Positions 11,625-20,983 of a stretch of 64,000 nt of DNA are shown here, in pieces. A model generated the notes under the pieces. That model worked only from the letters and a program-made list of their open reading frames with translations, did not search any database and was not told the DNA's origin. Numbering within the stretch: position 1 is the first letter of the stretch; each line of letters begins with the position of its first letter. A program made the translations under genes and the position numbers. The stretch comes from an uncultured Acidobacteriota bacterium (GTDB lineage Bacteria; Acidobacteriota; JAQAZP01): NCBI GenBank assembly GCA_963836075.1, contig CAWIIB010000001.1, positions 448,001 through 512,000 of the forward strand, written 5' to 3'.

Positions 11625-13055
11625 TCACTTGTTGCCGCTGAGACCGATCCCGGCGGCCAGGGTCTTCATCCCGCCCTGGGCCAGCCCCAAGATCTTGCCC
11701 GGCGGCAGGCAGAGGTATTTCCACCCGTGACGCAGCAGGTACGATGGCCGGAGATAGAACCGCCGGTAGGCGCGGCGCACGGTCCGCTCGATCTCCGCCG
11801 GCTCCCGCCCCGCGGGCAGGTAACAGACATCCTCGAAGACATTGTAGCGCTCCGGGTCGTCATGGGTCAGGGTCCCCACCTCCAGAGCGTACTCGGAAAG
11901 CCTGGTGCCGGGATAGGGCACGAAGGTCAGCCAGTAGACAAACTCGGGGTTCAGCTTGATGCCGAATCGGATCGACTGCTCGGTCTCCTCCACCGTTTCG
12001 GTGGGCAGGGTCAGGATGAACGAGGCCGTGATCTGGATCCCGGCCTGCTGGGTCCAGCGGAAGGCCTGTTCGGTCTTTTCCAGCGGGATGCGCTTGTTCA
12101 CCAGCTCCAGCAGCCGGGGTACGCCGGACTCCACGCCGTAGAAAATCTGGTAGCAGCCGGCCAGCTTCATTTCCCGCAGCAGGTCGGGCTTCACCAGGTC
12201 GGTGCGGGTGAAGCAGGTCCACTTCAGCCGGGGAAAGGAGTTTCTCAGCCCCGCACAGAGTTCGAACACCCTCTTGCGGTTGGCGGTGAACGACTCGTCG
12301 TAGAACTGGATCTCGTCGGCCCCCTGCTCTTCAACCACCCTGGCGATCTCGGCCAGCACCCGCGCGGTGGACTGGAAGCGGTGGGTCCGGCCGAACACCT
12401 CGTGGCTGGAGCAGAACCCGCAGTTGAAGGGGCAGCCCCGGGAGGTCATCAGGTGCACCGTGCGCCGCCCGCGCAGCTGGGCCCCGGAGCGGTATTTCTC
12501 CATCGGCAGCAGGTGCCGGGCGGGGAACGGCAGCTGGTCCAGATCCTTGATCAGTACCCGGGGCTGGTTGTGTATCGTATTCCCGTCCGGGCTTTTCCAG
12601 ACCAGGCCGTCAACAGCCGCCGGGTCACCTTCACCTTCGACGAGTCCCAGCAGCTCGGCAAAGGTCCGCTCCCCTTCACCGATCACCAGGTAGTCCACCG
12701 CTGGATGTCCGATGCCGTCATCGGGGTAGAGCGTGGTGTGGACACCGCCGAGCACGGTGGCCACACCGGGCACGATGGTCTTGGCCTTTTCGCAGATGGC
12801 CACGCACTTGCGAATGGTGGTGCAGAAGGTCTGCAGGCCGATCAGCTGCGGCTGCTCCCGTCGCAGCTCCTCCTCCAGCGTCGCCATGGACAGGCCCTCG
12901 GCCTCGGCGTCGATCACCCGCACCGTGTGCCCCAGGTCCTCGGCCACGGCAGCGAGGTAGGCCAGGCCCAAAGAGGGGTACACCGCTCCGGCGCTGGTCA
13001 GCGCACCGTAGCGCTCCTCGAGGGCCGCGGGGGGGACGATGAACAGAATCTTCAT
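11625..13055 (-). CDS. B12-binding radical SAM protein
   Basis: [55 protein letters not shown]; ATG overlaps the upstream TGA. Confidence 0.9.
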   Translation of the reverse strand: MKILFIVPPAALEERYGALTSAGAVYPSLGLAYLAAVAEDLGHTVRVIDAEAEGLSMATLEEELRREQPQLIGLQTFCTTIRKCVAICEKAKTIVPGVATVLGGVHTTLYPDDGIGHPAVDYLVIGEGERTFAELLGLVEGEGDPAAVDGLVWKSPDGNTIHNQPRVLIKDLDQLPFPARHLLPMEKYRSGAQLRGRRTVHLMTSRGCPFNCGFCSSHEVFGRTHRFQSTARVLAEIARVVEEQGADEIQFYDESFTANRKRVFELCAGLRNSFPRLKWTCFTRTDLVKPDLLREMKLAGCYQIFYGVESGVPRLLELVNKRIPLEKTEQAFRWTQQAGIQITASFILTLPTETVEETEQSIRFGIKLNPEFVYWLTFVPYPGTRLSEYALEVGTLTHDDPERYNVFEDVCYLPAGREPAEIERTVRRAYRRFYLRPSYLLRHGWKYLCLPPGKILGLAQGGMKTLAAGIGLSGNK

Positions 13056-14740
13056 GGCGCTGGCGGTCCGGACGATTCCACGTTCTCGCCCACGGCCAGA
13101 GCGACGCCACAACCGTCAGGACCGGTGCGGGGGGACGGTTCGGCCGCGGTCACACCCTCGGACAGCGGGACGGGGAACATGGTGGACAGGGACCCGGCCC
13201 ACCTGTTTTTCGGAATGGAAGGAATCTGGGGCAGGCGGACCCGCTTTCCGCGAAGCACGCCGAAAATCTTCTTCAGCGTGTAATGCCGGTAGCGGCGGTA
13301 GAGCCGTTTGCGGATCAGCTCGAACTTTTTCTCTCCACCGAACTGGTAGACCAGGAAGCTGCCGATGATCGGCGGGATCGAGGGCATCATCCGCATCGCC
13401 CGGGGGTGATCGAGAATCCAGGTGATCCAGCTGCGGGGCAGGTAGCGGATCAGGATCAGCACCGTGCGGTAGCGGTTGAACATCGGGCTGAAGATCAGAT
13501 CCGGGGTCAGATACGACTTGCGCTCGATCTCCTTCAGCTTCTCCGGGGTGGGCCGGGTGTCCAGCATCCCCTCCTGTTCGGCGATCTTGGTAATCTCCAG
13601 ATCGGGGAAGGTGTGCAGCCAGAGCACGTGGATGCGGTTGATGCGGTTCCGGTTGTAGAACCGGCAGAGCTTGTCCAGTTCTGCGGTGGTCTGCCTGGGC
13701 AGGCCGAGGATGTAGTCGCCCACGGTGAAGATCTTCGACTTCATCATCAGCTTTGCCGCGCTCTCCACCATCTCATCGGTTTCAGTGCGGTGCAGCACCT
13801 TCTGCCGCACCTCGGGGTCGAGGGACTGGATACCGAACTCCACCTGGTAGCAGTTGGACTTTTCCAGCGCGCGCACCGTCCGCTCGTTGAGGTTGCGCAC
13901 GTGGGTGTAGCACCAGTAGGGCACCAGCACTTTTTCCGCGGCGTAACGCTCGGCAAACTCCTCCACCCACTCCTCGCTGGAGGTGAAGTTGTTGGCCGCC
14001 ATGCGCACCACCTGGATTCCGTATTTCTCCTTGGCCCACTTGAGCTCGGCCACCACGTTCCCGGGACTGCGCCTCCGGACGTAGTTTCGGGGAAAGCCGT
14101 AAGCCCGTTTGACCACATTGTTGTAGCAGAAGGTGCAGGCGTTGGGGCAGCCCCGCTCGCTGATCAGCAGGTGGCCGTAGTTGAACGGGACGCCGGCGCT
14201 GAGAAAGAGCTCCTTGTCCGGGAAGGGCAGCGAGTCGAGGTCGTCGATGAGCGGCCGCAGCGGGTTGTCCCGGATGCCGCCATTCTCGCGGAAGGAGAGG
14301 TTCTCTATGGTGGGGTCGAAATCGCCCTTTTCCAGCGACTGCACCAGGTCGAGCATGGCAAACTCGCCTTCGCCCCGGATGACGAAGTCCACGCAGGGAT
14401 GGGCCAGCAGTTCTTCGGGCACCGAGGTGGCGTGGATGTTGCCGAAAACCGTTGGCACCTCAAGGTGCTGCTTGACCTCGGTGGCCACTTCGATGGCCCA
14501 CTGGCTGGTGGCGCGCACCACCGAAAAGGCCAGCAGGTCCGGTTCCAGCTCCAGGATCTGCTTGATGGTGTTCTGCTGGTAGCTGAAAAGACGGGCCATG
14601 CGCGGGTTGTAACTGAAGGTGTCGTCGAACAGGCCGGGGTCGAAGACCAGGCGCACGTCGTGGCCCCGCTCCTTGAGCAGTGCCGACATGTATCCAACCC
14701 CGAGCAGTTCAAACGCCGAACAGGCAAATACGATGCGCAT
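13052..14740 (-). CDS. B12-binding radical SAM protein with low-complexity C-terminal tail
   Basis: ELLGVGYMSALLK, FGNIHAT, IRGEGE, DLDSLPFPDKELF, SERGCPNACTFC, FGIQS. Confidence 0.9.
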   Translation of the reverse strand: MRIVFACSAFELLGVGYMSALLKERGHDVRLVFDPGLFDDTFSYNPRMARLFSYQQNTIKQILELEPDLLAFSVVRATSQWAIEVATEVKQHLEVPTVFGNIHATSVPEELLAHPCVDFVIRGEGEFAMLDLVQSLEKGDFDPTIENLSFRENGGIRDNPLRPLIDDLDSLPFPDKELFLSAGVPFNYGHLLISERGCPNACTFCYNNVVKRAYGFPRNYVRRRSPGNVVAELKWAKEKYGIQVVRMAANNFTSSEEWVEEFAERYAAEKVLVPYWCYTHVRNLNERTVRALEKSNCYQVEFGIQSLDPEVRQKVLHRTETDEMVESAAKLMMKSKIFTVGDYILGLPRQTTAELDKLCRFYNRNRINRIHVLWLHTFPDLEITKIAEQEGMLDTRPTPEKLKEIERKSYLTPDLIFSPMFNRYRTVLILIRYLPRSWITWILDHPRAMRMMPSIPPIIGSFLVYQFGGEKKFELIRKRLYRRYRHYTLKKIFGVLRGKRVRLPQIPSIPKNRWAGSLSTMFPVPLSEGVTAAEPSPRTGPDGCGVALAVGENVESSGPPAP

Positions 14741-14818
14741 TCGCAGATTCCTTTCAACCCGTAATTATCCGTGCGCATCATACTGCTGCCATCCTGACGG
14801 TGCAATACGGGAATTCGG

Positions 14819-14909
14819 GAAATTGTGGACGTTTACCTGTTTCTGCTGTCTGATCATCCCCGGGCAACGGTGGTGTTTACAGCAGAAACAGGTAAACGTC
14901 CACAATTTC
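14819..14909. repeat. Perfect 31-bp inverted repeat with 29-nt spacer (REPIN/MITE-like)
   Basis: GAAATTGTGGACGTTTACCTGTTTCTGCTGT (14819-14849) and its exact reverse complement (14879-14909). Confidence 0.9.
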
Positions 14910-14925
14910 TCTACTTTTCCATCCG

Positions 14926-14955
14926 TTGACAGTTCTCGCGGGGCCTTACTAGAAT
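14926..14955 (+). promoter_or_regulatory. Sigma70-like promoter for the glycosyltransferase pair
   Basis: TTGACA-18 nt-TAGAAT upstream of ATG 15003. Confidence 0.55.
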
Positions 14956-15002
14956 GCAACGGCACGGACCATCGCCAACACCGAACATCCCTCGGGAGAC
15001 CC

Positions 15003-16637
15003 ATGCAGACGATCAACTCCAGGACCGCCGGGCTGTTCATCGGAGCCGGCCTGGCACTCCTGGCGTTGTACATCCTCGCGCCCCTGCTCTACTACCCCTT
15101 CGCCCGGGACCACGGGATGTACATGGTGGTGGCCGAAGCCATGGCCCGGGGCGGCATGCCCTATGCCGACGCCTGGGACCTGAAAACTCCCGGGATCTTC
15201 CTCGTCTTCCGCGCGGCGCTGGCACTCTTCGGCCGGGTGATGTGGGGGGTGCGGGTACTGGAACTGCTCTTTCTCGCCGCCACCGCCCTGGTGCTGGCCC
15301 GGCTGGGCCGCCGCCTGCTGCCCGAGCTACCCGCGGCCGGACCTCTGGGCGCCACCTACTTTCTGGTCTTTCTTGCGCACTACCTCAACTACTGGCACAC
15401 CGCCCAGGCCGAGAGCTTCCTGATGCTGCCCCTGGTGCTCAGCATCCACTTCTCGCTGGGTGCCCTCAGCGGAACCGAAACGCGCCGGTCAACGCTGCTG
15501 GCCGCCATGGCCGGTCTCTGCATCGGCCTGGTCTTCGTCTTCAAGTTCCCCAACATCCTGCCCCTGGCCTGCGGCCTGCCGCTGCTGCTCCGGTCCCGGG
15601 GGGCAGAGAACACACCTCGCCGGTTGCCCCTGCTGGCCTGGTTCACTGGCGGGGCCCTGCTTGTACCATTGCTCACCGGGATCTGGTTCGCCACGGGCGG
15701 CGCCTGGGGTCAGATGGTGGAGACCCTCTTTGTCTTTGCCCCGCGCTACGCCGCCATCACCGCCTCCCCCGGTTTGCTGGCTCACGGGCTGAAGGTCTTT
15801 GCCGGGTTCTTTCTGCCCGGATCGGGCCTGCTGCCGCTCAAGTGGCTCGCCCTGGCCGGGCTGGTTGTCTGTCTCGGCTCGAAAAAGAGCGCCGGGCGGT
15901 TCGTCCTGCCGCTCTGGTTCCTGCTCTCCCTGGTGGTGATCTGGGTCCAGGGCAAGTTCTTCCTCTACCACTACCAGCCGCTCTACCTGCCGCTGGCCCT
16001 GCTGGCCGGGAGCACCGCCGCTGCCCTGGCCCGGGCCCTCTCCAGCCGGGTGCGGGGGGACGAGAAGTCCCGCCGCCGCGGCGGAGCGGTGGTCATCGTC
16101 ATCTTCCTTGCCCTGCCCTTCATACTCGACCACAGCCAGCAGCGGCAGGACCGGGCAGCTGCCATGGGCGCTGCCCCGGTCACGGAGCCGGGCAAGAATC
16201 TCTCGACATACAGCGACGGCACCGACTTCTCCCTCGCCGCCGACCTGGAGATGGCCGACTACCTCAAGGAAAACACCGGCCCCACTGACACGGTTTTTAT
16301 CTGGGGCTACGAGACCCTGGTCCACTTTCTGGCCCAGCGGGTGCCGGCCAGCCGTTTCGTGAGCCACCAACCACTGGCCAGCCGCTGGCAGATGCCCGGG
16401 TGGCGGGACGAGCTGCTGGAAACCCTGTCCGCCGCACCGCCGGCCCGCATCCTGGTGCTGCGCCGGGACGCCATGCCGGCAGTGACCGGATCCACTTTGG
16501 ACTCCGCCGGTCTGCTCAGGGAATTCCCTGAACTTGACCGCTTCATTTCCCGCTACTATGTTCTGGAAACCGAGATCGAGGATTTTCTCGTCTATCGCCC
16601 GCGTAACGCCGGAGGGAGCAGAGATGACCAGCCCTGA
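15003..16637 (+). CDS. GT-C-type (ArnT/PMT-like) membrane glycosyltransferase
   Basis: RDHGMY...G.MPYADAWDLKTPGIF, AQAESF, FKFPN, FLYHYQ, LKENTGPTDTVFIWG; many TM helices; GGAG SD. Confidence 0.75.
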   Translation: MQTINSRTAGLFIGAGLALLALYILAPLLYYPFARDHGMYMVVAEAMARGGMPYADAWDLKTPGIFLVFRAALALFGRVMWGVRVLELLFLAATALVLARLGRRLLPELPAAGPLGATYFLVFLAHYLNYWHTAQAESFLMLPLVLSIHFSLGALSGTETRRSTLLAAMAGLCIGLVFVFKFPNILPLACGLPLLLRSRGAENTPRRLPLLAWFTGGALLVPLLTGIWFATGGAWGQMVETLFVFAPRYAAITASPGLLAHGLKVFAGFFLPGSGLLPLKWLALAGLVVCLGSKKSAGRFVLPLWFLLSLVVIWVQGKFFLYHYQPLYLPLALLAGSTAAALARALSSRVRGDEKSRRRGGAVVIVIFLALPFILDHSQQRQDRAAAMGAAPVTEPGKNLSTYSDGTDFSLAADLEMADYLKENTGPTDTVFIWGYETLVHFLAQRVPASRFVSHQPLASRWQMPGWRDELLETLSAAPPARILVLRRDAMPAVTGSTLDSAGLLREFPELDRFISRYYVLETEIEDFLVYRPRNAGGSRDDQP

Positions 16638-18075
16638 CCAAGCGCAGCCGCACACCGGCCCCGTTATTTCCCTGGAGGCACTGGTGGTGCTGCTCCTCTC
16701 CATCACCGCCTTTCCCGGGCTGCTGCAGACCAACTCCAACCTCGCCGCCCTGCTGGCCGGCAGGAATCGCCTCTTCGGCTTCCTCGAGGCGCTGCACCCC
16801 TCCACCGCCTATTTCGCCTATGACCACTTCAATGGCCTGCTGACCTGTCTCGGCACCCTGCTGCTGATCCTCTACCTGGCCACCGACCTGCTGGGGGGCG
16901 CCGCCCGCCGCGGTCCGCTGCCCGGCCCGGCAGCGCTGGGCGGTTTTTTCCGCGCCCACGCCGGCCGCAGCAAATCCTGGCTGCTGGCCGCCCTGCTGGC
17001 GCTGTTCGTGGTCTACCCCACGCTCTACAGCATGGGGCTGCGCTACGTGGGAACCCTGCAGGGTACCCATGACGGCGGAGTGCTGCAGACCGAAGCGGCC
17101 ATGGACTTCCTGCTCCGGGGAGAGAACCCCTACACCGTGGACTACCGGGGCACCGAGGTGGAGCAGAACAACCTCTCCACCAACTACTGGCTGAACTACG
17201 GGGCCGTCCCCATCATGCACCACCTGCCCTACCTGCCCTTTTCCGTGCTGGCCGGCCTGCCGCTGAAGCTGGCCTCCCAGATGATCCTCGGCTGGTATGA
17301 CCAGCGGCTGTTCCACCTGCTGGCCGCGGCCCTGGCCTGCTGGCTGCTCTGCCGGCTGGCCGGCAGCGGCCCGAGGCGCCGGCTGCTGGTGGCCGCAGTG
17401 TTCCTCAACCCCTACTTCACCCCCTTCTTCATCGAGGGGCGCAACGACATCCTGCCCTTCCTGCTGCTGGTGGCCTCGCTCTGGGCCCTGAAGACCGCCA
17501 GGCCCGGCGCCTCGCTGGTCCTGCTGGCCCTGGGCTGCTGCACCAAGCAGTTCATCTGGGTTTTTCTGCCCTTCTACCTGCTGCTGCTGGCCGGCAGCGG
17601 GTCGGCGGGACGCCCGCTGCCCGACCTCTTGCGCTCGGCGGCGTCCCACTGGCGACGCTGGCTGCTCTTCGCCGGGGTCTGCCTCCTGGTCACCCTGCCC
17701 TTCCTGGCCTGGGACCCGGCGGCCTTTCTGGACGACACCCTCTTTTTCAACGCCGGCAGCAGCGAACTGAACTACCCGCTGGGCGGCACCCCGGGGTTCG
17801 GCGCGGCCAACCTGGTGCTCTACTTCCAGCTGGTGGAGACCCGCAACGACTACTTCCCCTTCATCATCCCCATCATCCTCATCGGCCTGCCCCTGGCCGC
17901 CGGCCTGCTGCTGCTGCAGAAACAGCGCAACAGCGCCTGCATGATGCTGGCCTGCGGCTCGCTGACCCTGCTGGCAGTGCTCTTCCTCTCCCGGCTGTTC
18001 CATGACAACCACCTGGGCCTGGCCCTGATGTGGGTCACCGTGGCGGCCCTGGCCGACGACTTTTCAGCCGGTTGA
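16624..18075 (+). CDS. GT87/DUF2029-like GT-C membrane glycosyltransferase
   Basis: LLRGENPYTVDY, LPYLP, GRNDILP, CTKQFIW, LPFLAWDPAAF; overlaps the upstream GT stop. Confidence 0.7.
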   Translation: MTSPDQAQPHTGPVISLEALVVLLLSITAFPGLLQTNSNLAALLAGRNRLFGFLEALHPSTAYFAYDHFNGLLTCLGTLLLILYLATDLLGGAARRGPLPGPAALGGFFRAHAGRSKSWLLAALLALFVVYPTLYSMGLRYVGTLQGTHDGGVLQTEAAMDFLLRGENPYTVDYRGTEVEQNNLSTNYWLNYGAVPIMHHLPYLPFSVLAGLPLKLASQMILGWYDQRLFHLLAAALACWLLCRLAGSGPRRRLLVAAVFLNPYFTPFFIEGRNDILPFLLLVASLWALKTARPGASLVLLALGCCTKQFIWVFLPFYLLLLAGSGSAGRPLPDLLRSAASHWRRWLLFAGVCLLVTLPFLAWDPAAFLDDTLFFNAGSSELNYPLGGTPGFGAANLVLYFQLVETRNDYFPFIIPIILIGLPLAAGLLLLQKQRNSACMMLACGSLTLLAVLFLSRLFHDNHLGLALMWVTVAALADDFSAG

Positions 18076-18100
18076 CTTGCCCCGGTGGCGTTATTACAAT
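18072..18100 (+). promoter_or_regulatory. Sigma70 promoter of the serA-like gene
   Basis: TTGACT-17 nt-TACAAT. Confidence 0.65.
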
Positions 18101-18202
18101 GCGCTCTCCCGGTAGGGCGACCATGTCGCGCCACCGGCCGCGGCCGTGGCCCGGGGTGCGATTTCACTTCTGATTTTCTGACGATTTCTGGAGGGCTTCG
18201 AA

Positions 18203-19087
18203 ATGAAGATTCTCATCGCCGACAAGTTTGGTGAGGACCTGCCGGACAAGCTGGCCAAGTACGGCGAAGTGGTGTCCGAGGACATGAGCCAGCTCAAGGA
18301 CGCCGACGTGCTGCTGGTGCGCAGCAAAACCAAGCCGAACAAGGAATTCATCGACAGCGCACCGAATCTCAAGCTGATCATCCGCGGCGGCGTGGGCATC
18401 GACAACATCGATACCGCGTACTGCAAGGAAAAGGGCATCCTGGTCCACAATACCCCCTCGGCTTCGGCCATCGCCGTGGCCGAGCTGGTGATGGCCCAGA
18501 TGCTGACCATCCAGCGCCGCATCGTGGAGGCCCACAACTCCACCAACGCCGGCAAGTGGGAGAAAAAGAGCCTCAAGGGCGCCGAGATCTACAAGAAGAC
18601 CCTGGGCCTCATCGGGGTCGGCCGCATTGCCACCGAGGTGGCCGTGCGGGCCAAGGCGTTCGGGATGAACGTCATCGCCTACGACCCCTACGTCAAAACC
18701 CACGAGATCGCCCAGCTGACCTCCCTGGAGGAGGTGCTCAAGGGTTCGGACTTCATCTCGCTGCACATCCCCTTCACCGAAGAGACCAAGGACCTGATCA
18801 ACCGGGAGACCCTCTCCCTGATGAAGTCCAACGCCGTGATCATCAACACCGCCCGGGGCAAGGTGATCAACGAAAGCGATCTGGCTGAGGCGCTGAAAGC
18901 CGGCACCATCCGCTATGCCGCCATCGACGTCTACCAGAAGGAGCCGCCCGAGGGCTCGCCCCTGATCGGCCTGGACAACATCCTGGTCACTCCACACCTC
19001 GGGGCCTCCACCGGCGAAAACCTCCAGCGCATTGGCCAGCTGGTGGAAAAACTGGTGGGTGAGCTGTCCCGCGGTGAGCTGAGCTGA
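18203..19087 (+). CDS. D-2-hydroxyacid / 3-phosphoglycerate dehydrogenase, short form without ACT domain
   Basis: LVRSKTK, RGGVGIDNID, LGLIGVGRIA, INTARG, VTPHLGAST; GGAGG SD. Confidence 0.85.
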   Translation: MKILIADKFGEDLPDKLAKYGEVVSEDMSQLKDADVLLVRSKTKPNKEFIDSAPNLKLIIRGGVGIDNIDTAYCKEKGILVHNTPSASAIAVAELVMAQMLTIQRRIVEAHNSTNAGKWEKKSLKGAEIYKKTLGLIGVGRIATEVAVRAKAFGMNVIAYDPYVKTHEIAQLTSLEEVLKGSDFISLHIPFTEETKDLINRETLSLMKSNAVIINTARGKVINESDLAEALKAGTIRYAAIDVYQKEPPEGSPLIGLDNILVTPHLGASTGENLQRIGQLVEKLVGELSRGELS

Positions 19088-19108
19088 CCCTCCATTCCAC
19101 CGATATCC

Positions 19109-19143
19109 AAAGGCCCGGTCGTCAAACGGCCGGGCTTTTTTTT
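19109..19143 (+). terminator. Rho-independent terminator
   Basis: AGGCCCGGTCGT-CAA-ACGGCCGGGCT followed by a T run. Confidence 0.85.
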
Positions 19144-19185
19144 CTTCTGACCATTCCATACCGTTTTTCTCAGGATTCGGGCATC

Positions 19186-19213
19186 TTGACTTTTCCTGCG
19201 GTTGAATTAAAAT
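19186..19213 (+). promoter_or_regulatory. Sigma70-like promoter of citrate synthase
   Basis: TTGACT-16 nt-TAAAAT. Confidence 0.5.
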
Positions 19214-19413
19214 CCGGTTCTACATTTCTATTGCTTTACGTGGTGATGCCCATTCCCGGGCCACGTCCCGGGGTGGCGTTGCCGAAGCTGCTTCAGTATG
19301 CGGATTCATCAATATTGACCTGCCTGGACCGAACCATCGGCCGGCACGCTCGAAACGGACGGGCATCTGCTTCGTCCACCAGCCACCATTGTTGGCAGAA
19401 AGGAACGTTTACC

Positions 19414-20691
19414 ATGTCCCAAATCCATGACAAACTTGCCTCCATGATTCCCGGCTTGAGGGATGAGATGAGAGGTATCATCAAGGAGCACGGTTCCCTG
19501 GTCATCTCCGAGTGCACCATTGCCCAGGCCTACGGCGGCATGCGCGGTGTCAAGGGGATGGTTTGCGACACTTCGCTGGTGGAGCCGGACACCGGTCTGA
19601 TCATCCGCGGCATGCCCCTCCTGGAAGGCCCCGCCGACATGCTGCCCGAGGAGATCTTCTACCTGCTGCTGATCGGTGAAATGCCCGACGATGCGGCCAA
19701 GAAGGACCTGGCGGCCCAGTATTCCTCCCGCTGTGTCGTGCCCGACTACGTCTGGGACGTCCTGCGCGCCATGCCCAAGGACTCGCACCCCATGGCCATG
19801 CTGGACACCGCGATCCTCTGCATGGAGCGCGAGTCGGTGTTCCGTAAAAGATACACCGAGGGGATGGTCAAGACCGAGTACTGGGAACCGACCCTGGAAG
19901 ACTCGCTGAACCTGCTGGCCAAGCTCCCCGGCATCGCCGCCGGCGTCTACCGCATCCGCTACGAGAAGGGCGACCTGATCGCTCCGGACCCGAAGCTCGA
20001 CTGGGGCGCCAACTACGCCCACATGATGGGGAACGACGCCCCTGACTTCTACGACTGCATGCGCCTCTACCTCACCCTGCACTGCGACCACGAGGGCGGC
20101 AACGTCAGCGCCTTCAGCTGCCACACCGTCGGCTCGGCCCTCTCCGACGTCTACTACGCCGTCTCCGCCGGCCTCAACGGCCTGGCCGGCCCGCTGCACG
20201 GCCTGGCCAACCAGGAGTGCCTGAAGTGGGTCCTGGAGACCATCGAGAAGTTCGGCGGCGCCCCCACCGAGGAACAGATCAAGGACTACGCCTGGGAGAC
20301 CCTGAACTCCGGCAAGGTGATCCCCGGTTACGGCCACGCCGTGCTGCGCGTCACCGACCCCCGCTTCACCGCCTTTGTGGCCTTCGGCCAGAAGTACATG
20401 GCCGACGACCCGGTCTTCCAGACCGTGGACCGGGTCTACAACGTGGTCCCCGGCGTGCTCAAGGAGCACGGCAAGGCCAAGAACCCCTGGCCCAACGTGG
20501 ATGCCGGCTCCGGCGCCCTGCTCTACCACTACGGCCTGAAGGAGTTCGAGTACTACACCGTGCTGTTCAGCGTGTCCCGTGCCATGGGCATGTGCTCGCA
20601 GATGATCCTCAACCGTGCGCTTGGCGTGCCGATCACCCGGCCCAAGTCTGTGGGCACCAAGTTCCTCAAGGACTTCATCGCCGCCAACTAG
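19414..20691 (+). CDS. gltA: Citrate (Si)-synthase, eukaryotic/mitochondrial-like type
   Basis: AYGGMRGVKGMVCDTS, DHEGGNVSA, NGLAGPLHGLANQE, VIPGYGHAVLRVTDPR, KNPWPNVDA. Confidence 0.9.
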   Translation: MSQIHDKLASMIPGLRDEMRGIIKEHGSLVISECTIAQAYGGMRGVKGMVCDTSLVEPDTGLIIRGMPLLEGPADMLPEEIFYLLLIGEMPDDAAKKDLAAQYSSRCVVPDYVWDVLRAMPKDSHPMAMLDTAILCMERESVFRKRYTEGMVKTEYWEPTLEDSLNLLAKLPGIAAGVYRIRYEKGDLIAPDPKLDWGANYAHMMGNDAPDFYDCMRLYLTLHCDHEGGNVSAFSCHTVGSALSDVYYAVSAGLNGLAGPLHGLANQECLKWVLETIEKFGGAPTEEQIKDYAWETLNSGKVIPGYGHAVLRVTDPRFTAFVAFGQKYMADDPVFQTVDRVYNVVPGVLKEHGKAKNPWPNVDAGSGALLYHYGLKEFEYYTVLFSVSRAMGMCSQMILNRALGVPITRPKSVGTKFLKDFIAAN

Positions 20692-20716
20692 GCTGAAAGC
20701 TCAGACCGATGTATCC

Positions 20717-20747
20717 AGCCGGAGCGCGAAAGCGCTCCGGCTTTTTT
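20717..20747 (+). terminator. Rho-independent terminator
   Basis: AGCCGGAGCGC-GAAA-GCGCTCCGGCT followed by TTTTT. Confidence 0.9.
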
Positions 20748-20806
20748 GTACCCGCTTGTCTTTCATGGATAATGCATGAAGGGCATGGAGGTATTAAAAG
20801 CAGCCG

Positions 20807-20968
20807 ATGAACCCTTTACAGGCCTACAATCGGCGGCGGAAGGAGCGCAACCGGCGGCTGGTGCAGCGGAAGCTGGCCGACGGCTACCACCTGCTTCACG
20901 TCCGGGCCACCGGCGAGAAGGGTGAAACCCGCGAAATGATGCACCGGACCATCCGCGTGGCGAACTGA
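20807..20968 (+). CDS. Possible 53-aa basic small protein
   Basis: MNPLQAYNRRRKERNRRLVQRKLADGYHLLHVRATGEKGETREMMHRTIRVAN; GC3-rich codons; fills an intergenic gap; below the ORF-track cutoff. Confidence 0.4.
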   Translation: MNPLQAYNRRRKERNRRLVQRKLADGYHLLHVRATGEKGETREMMHRTIRVAN

Positions 20969-20983
20969 GACCGGGAGAGATCC

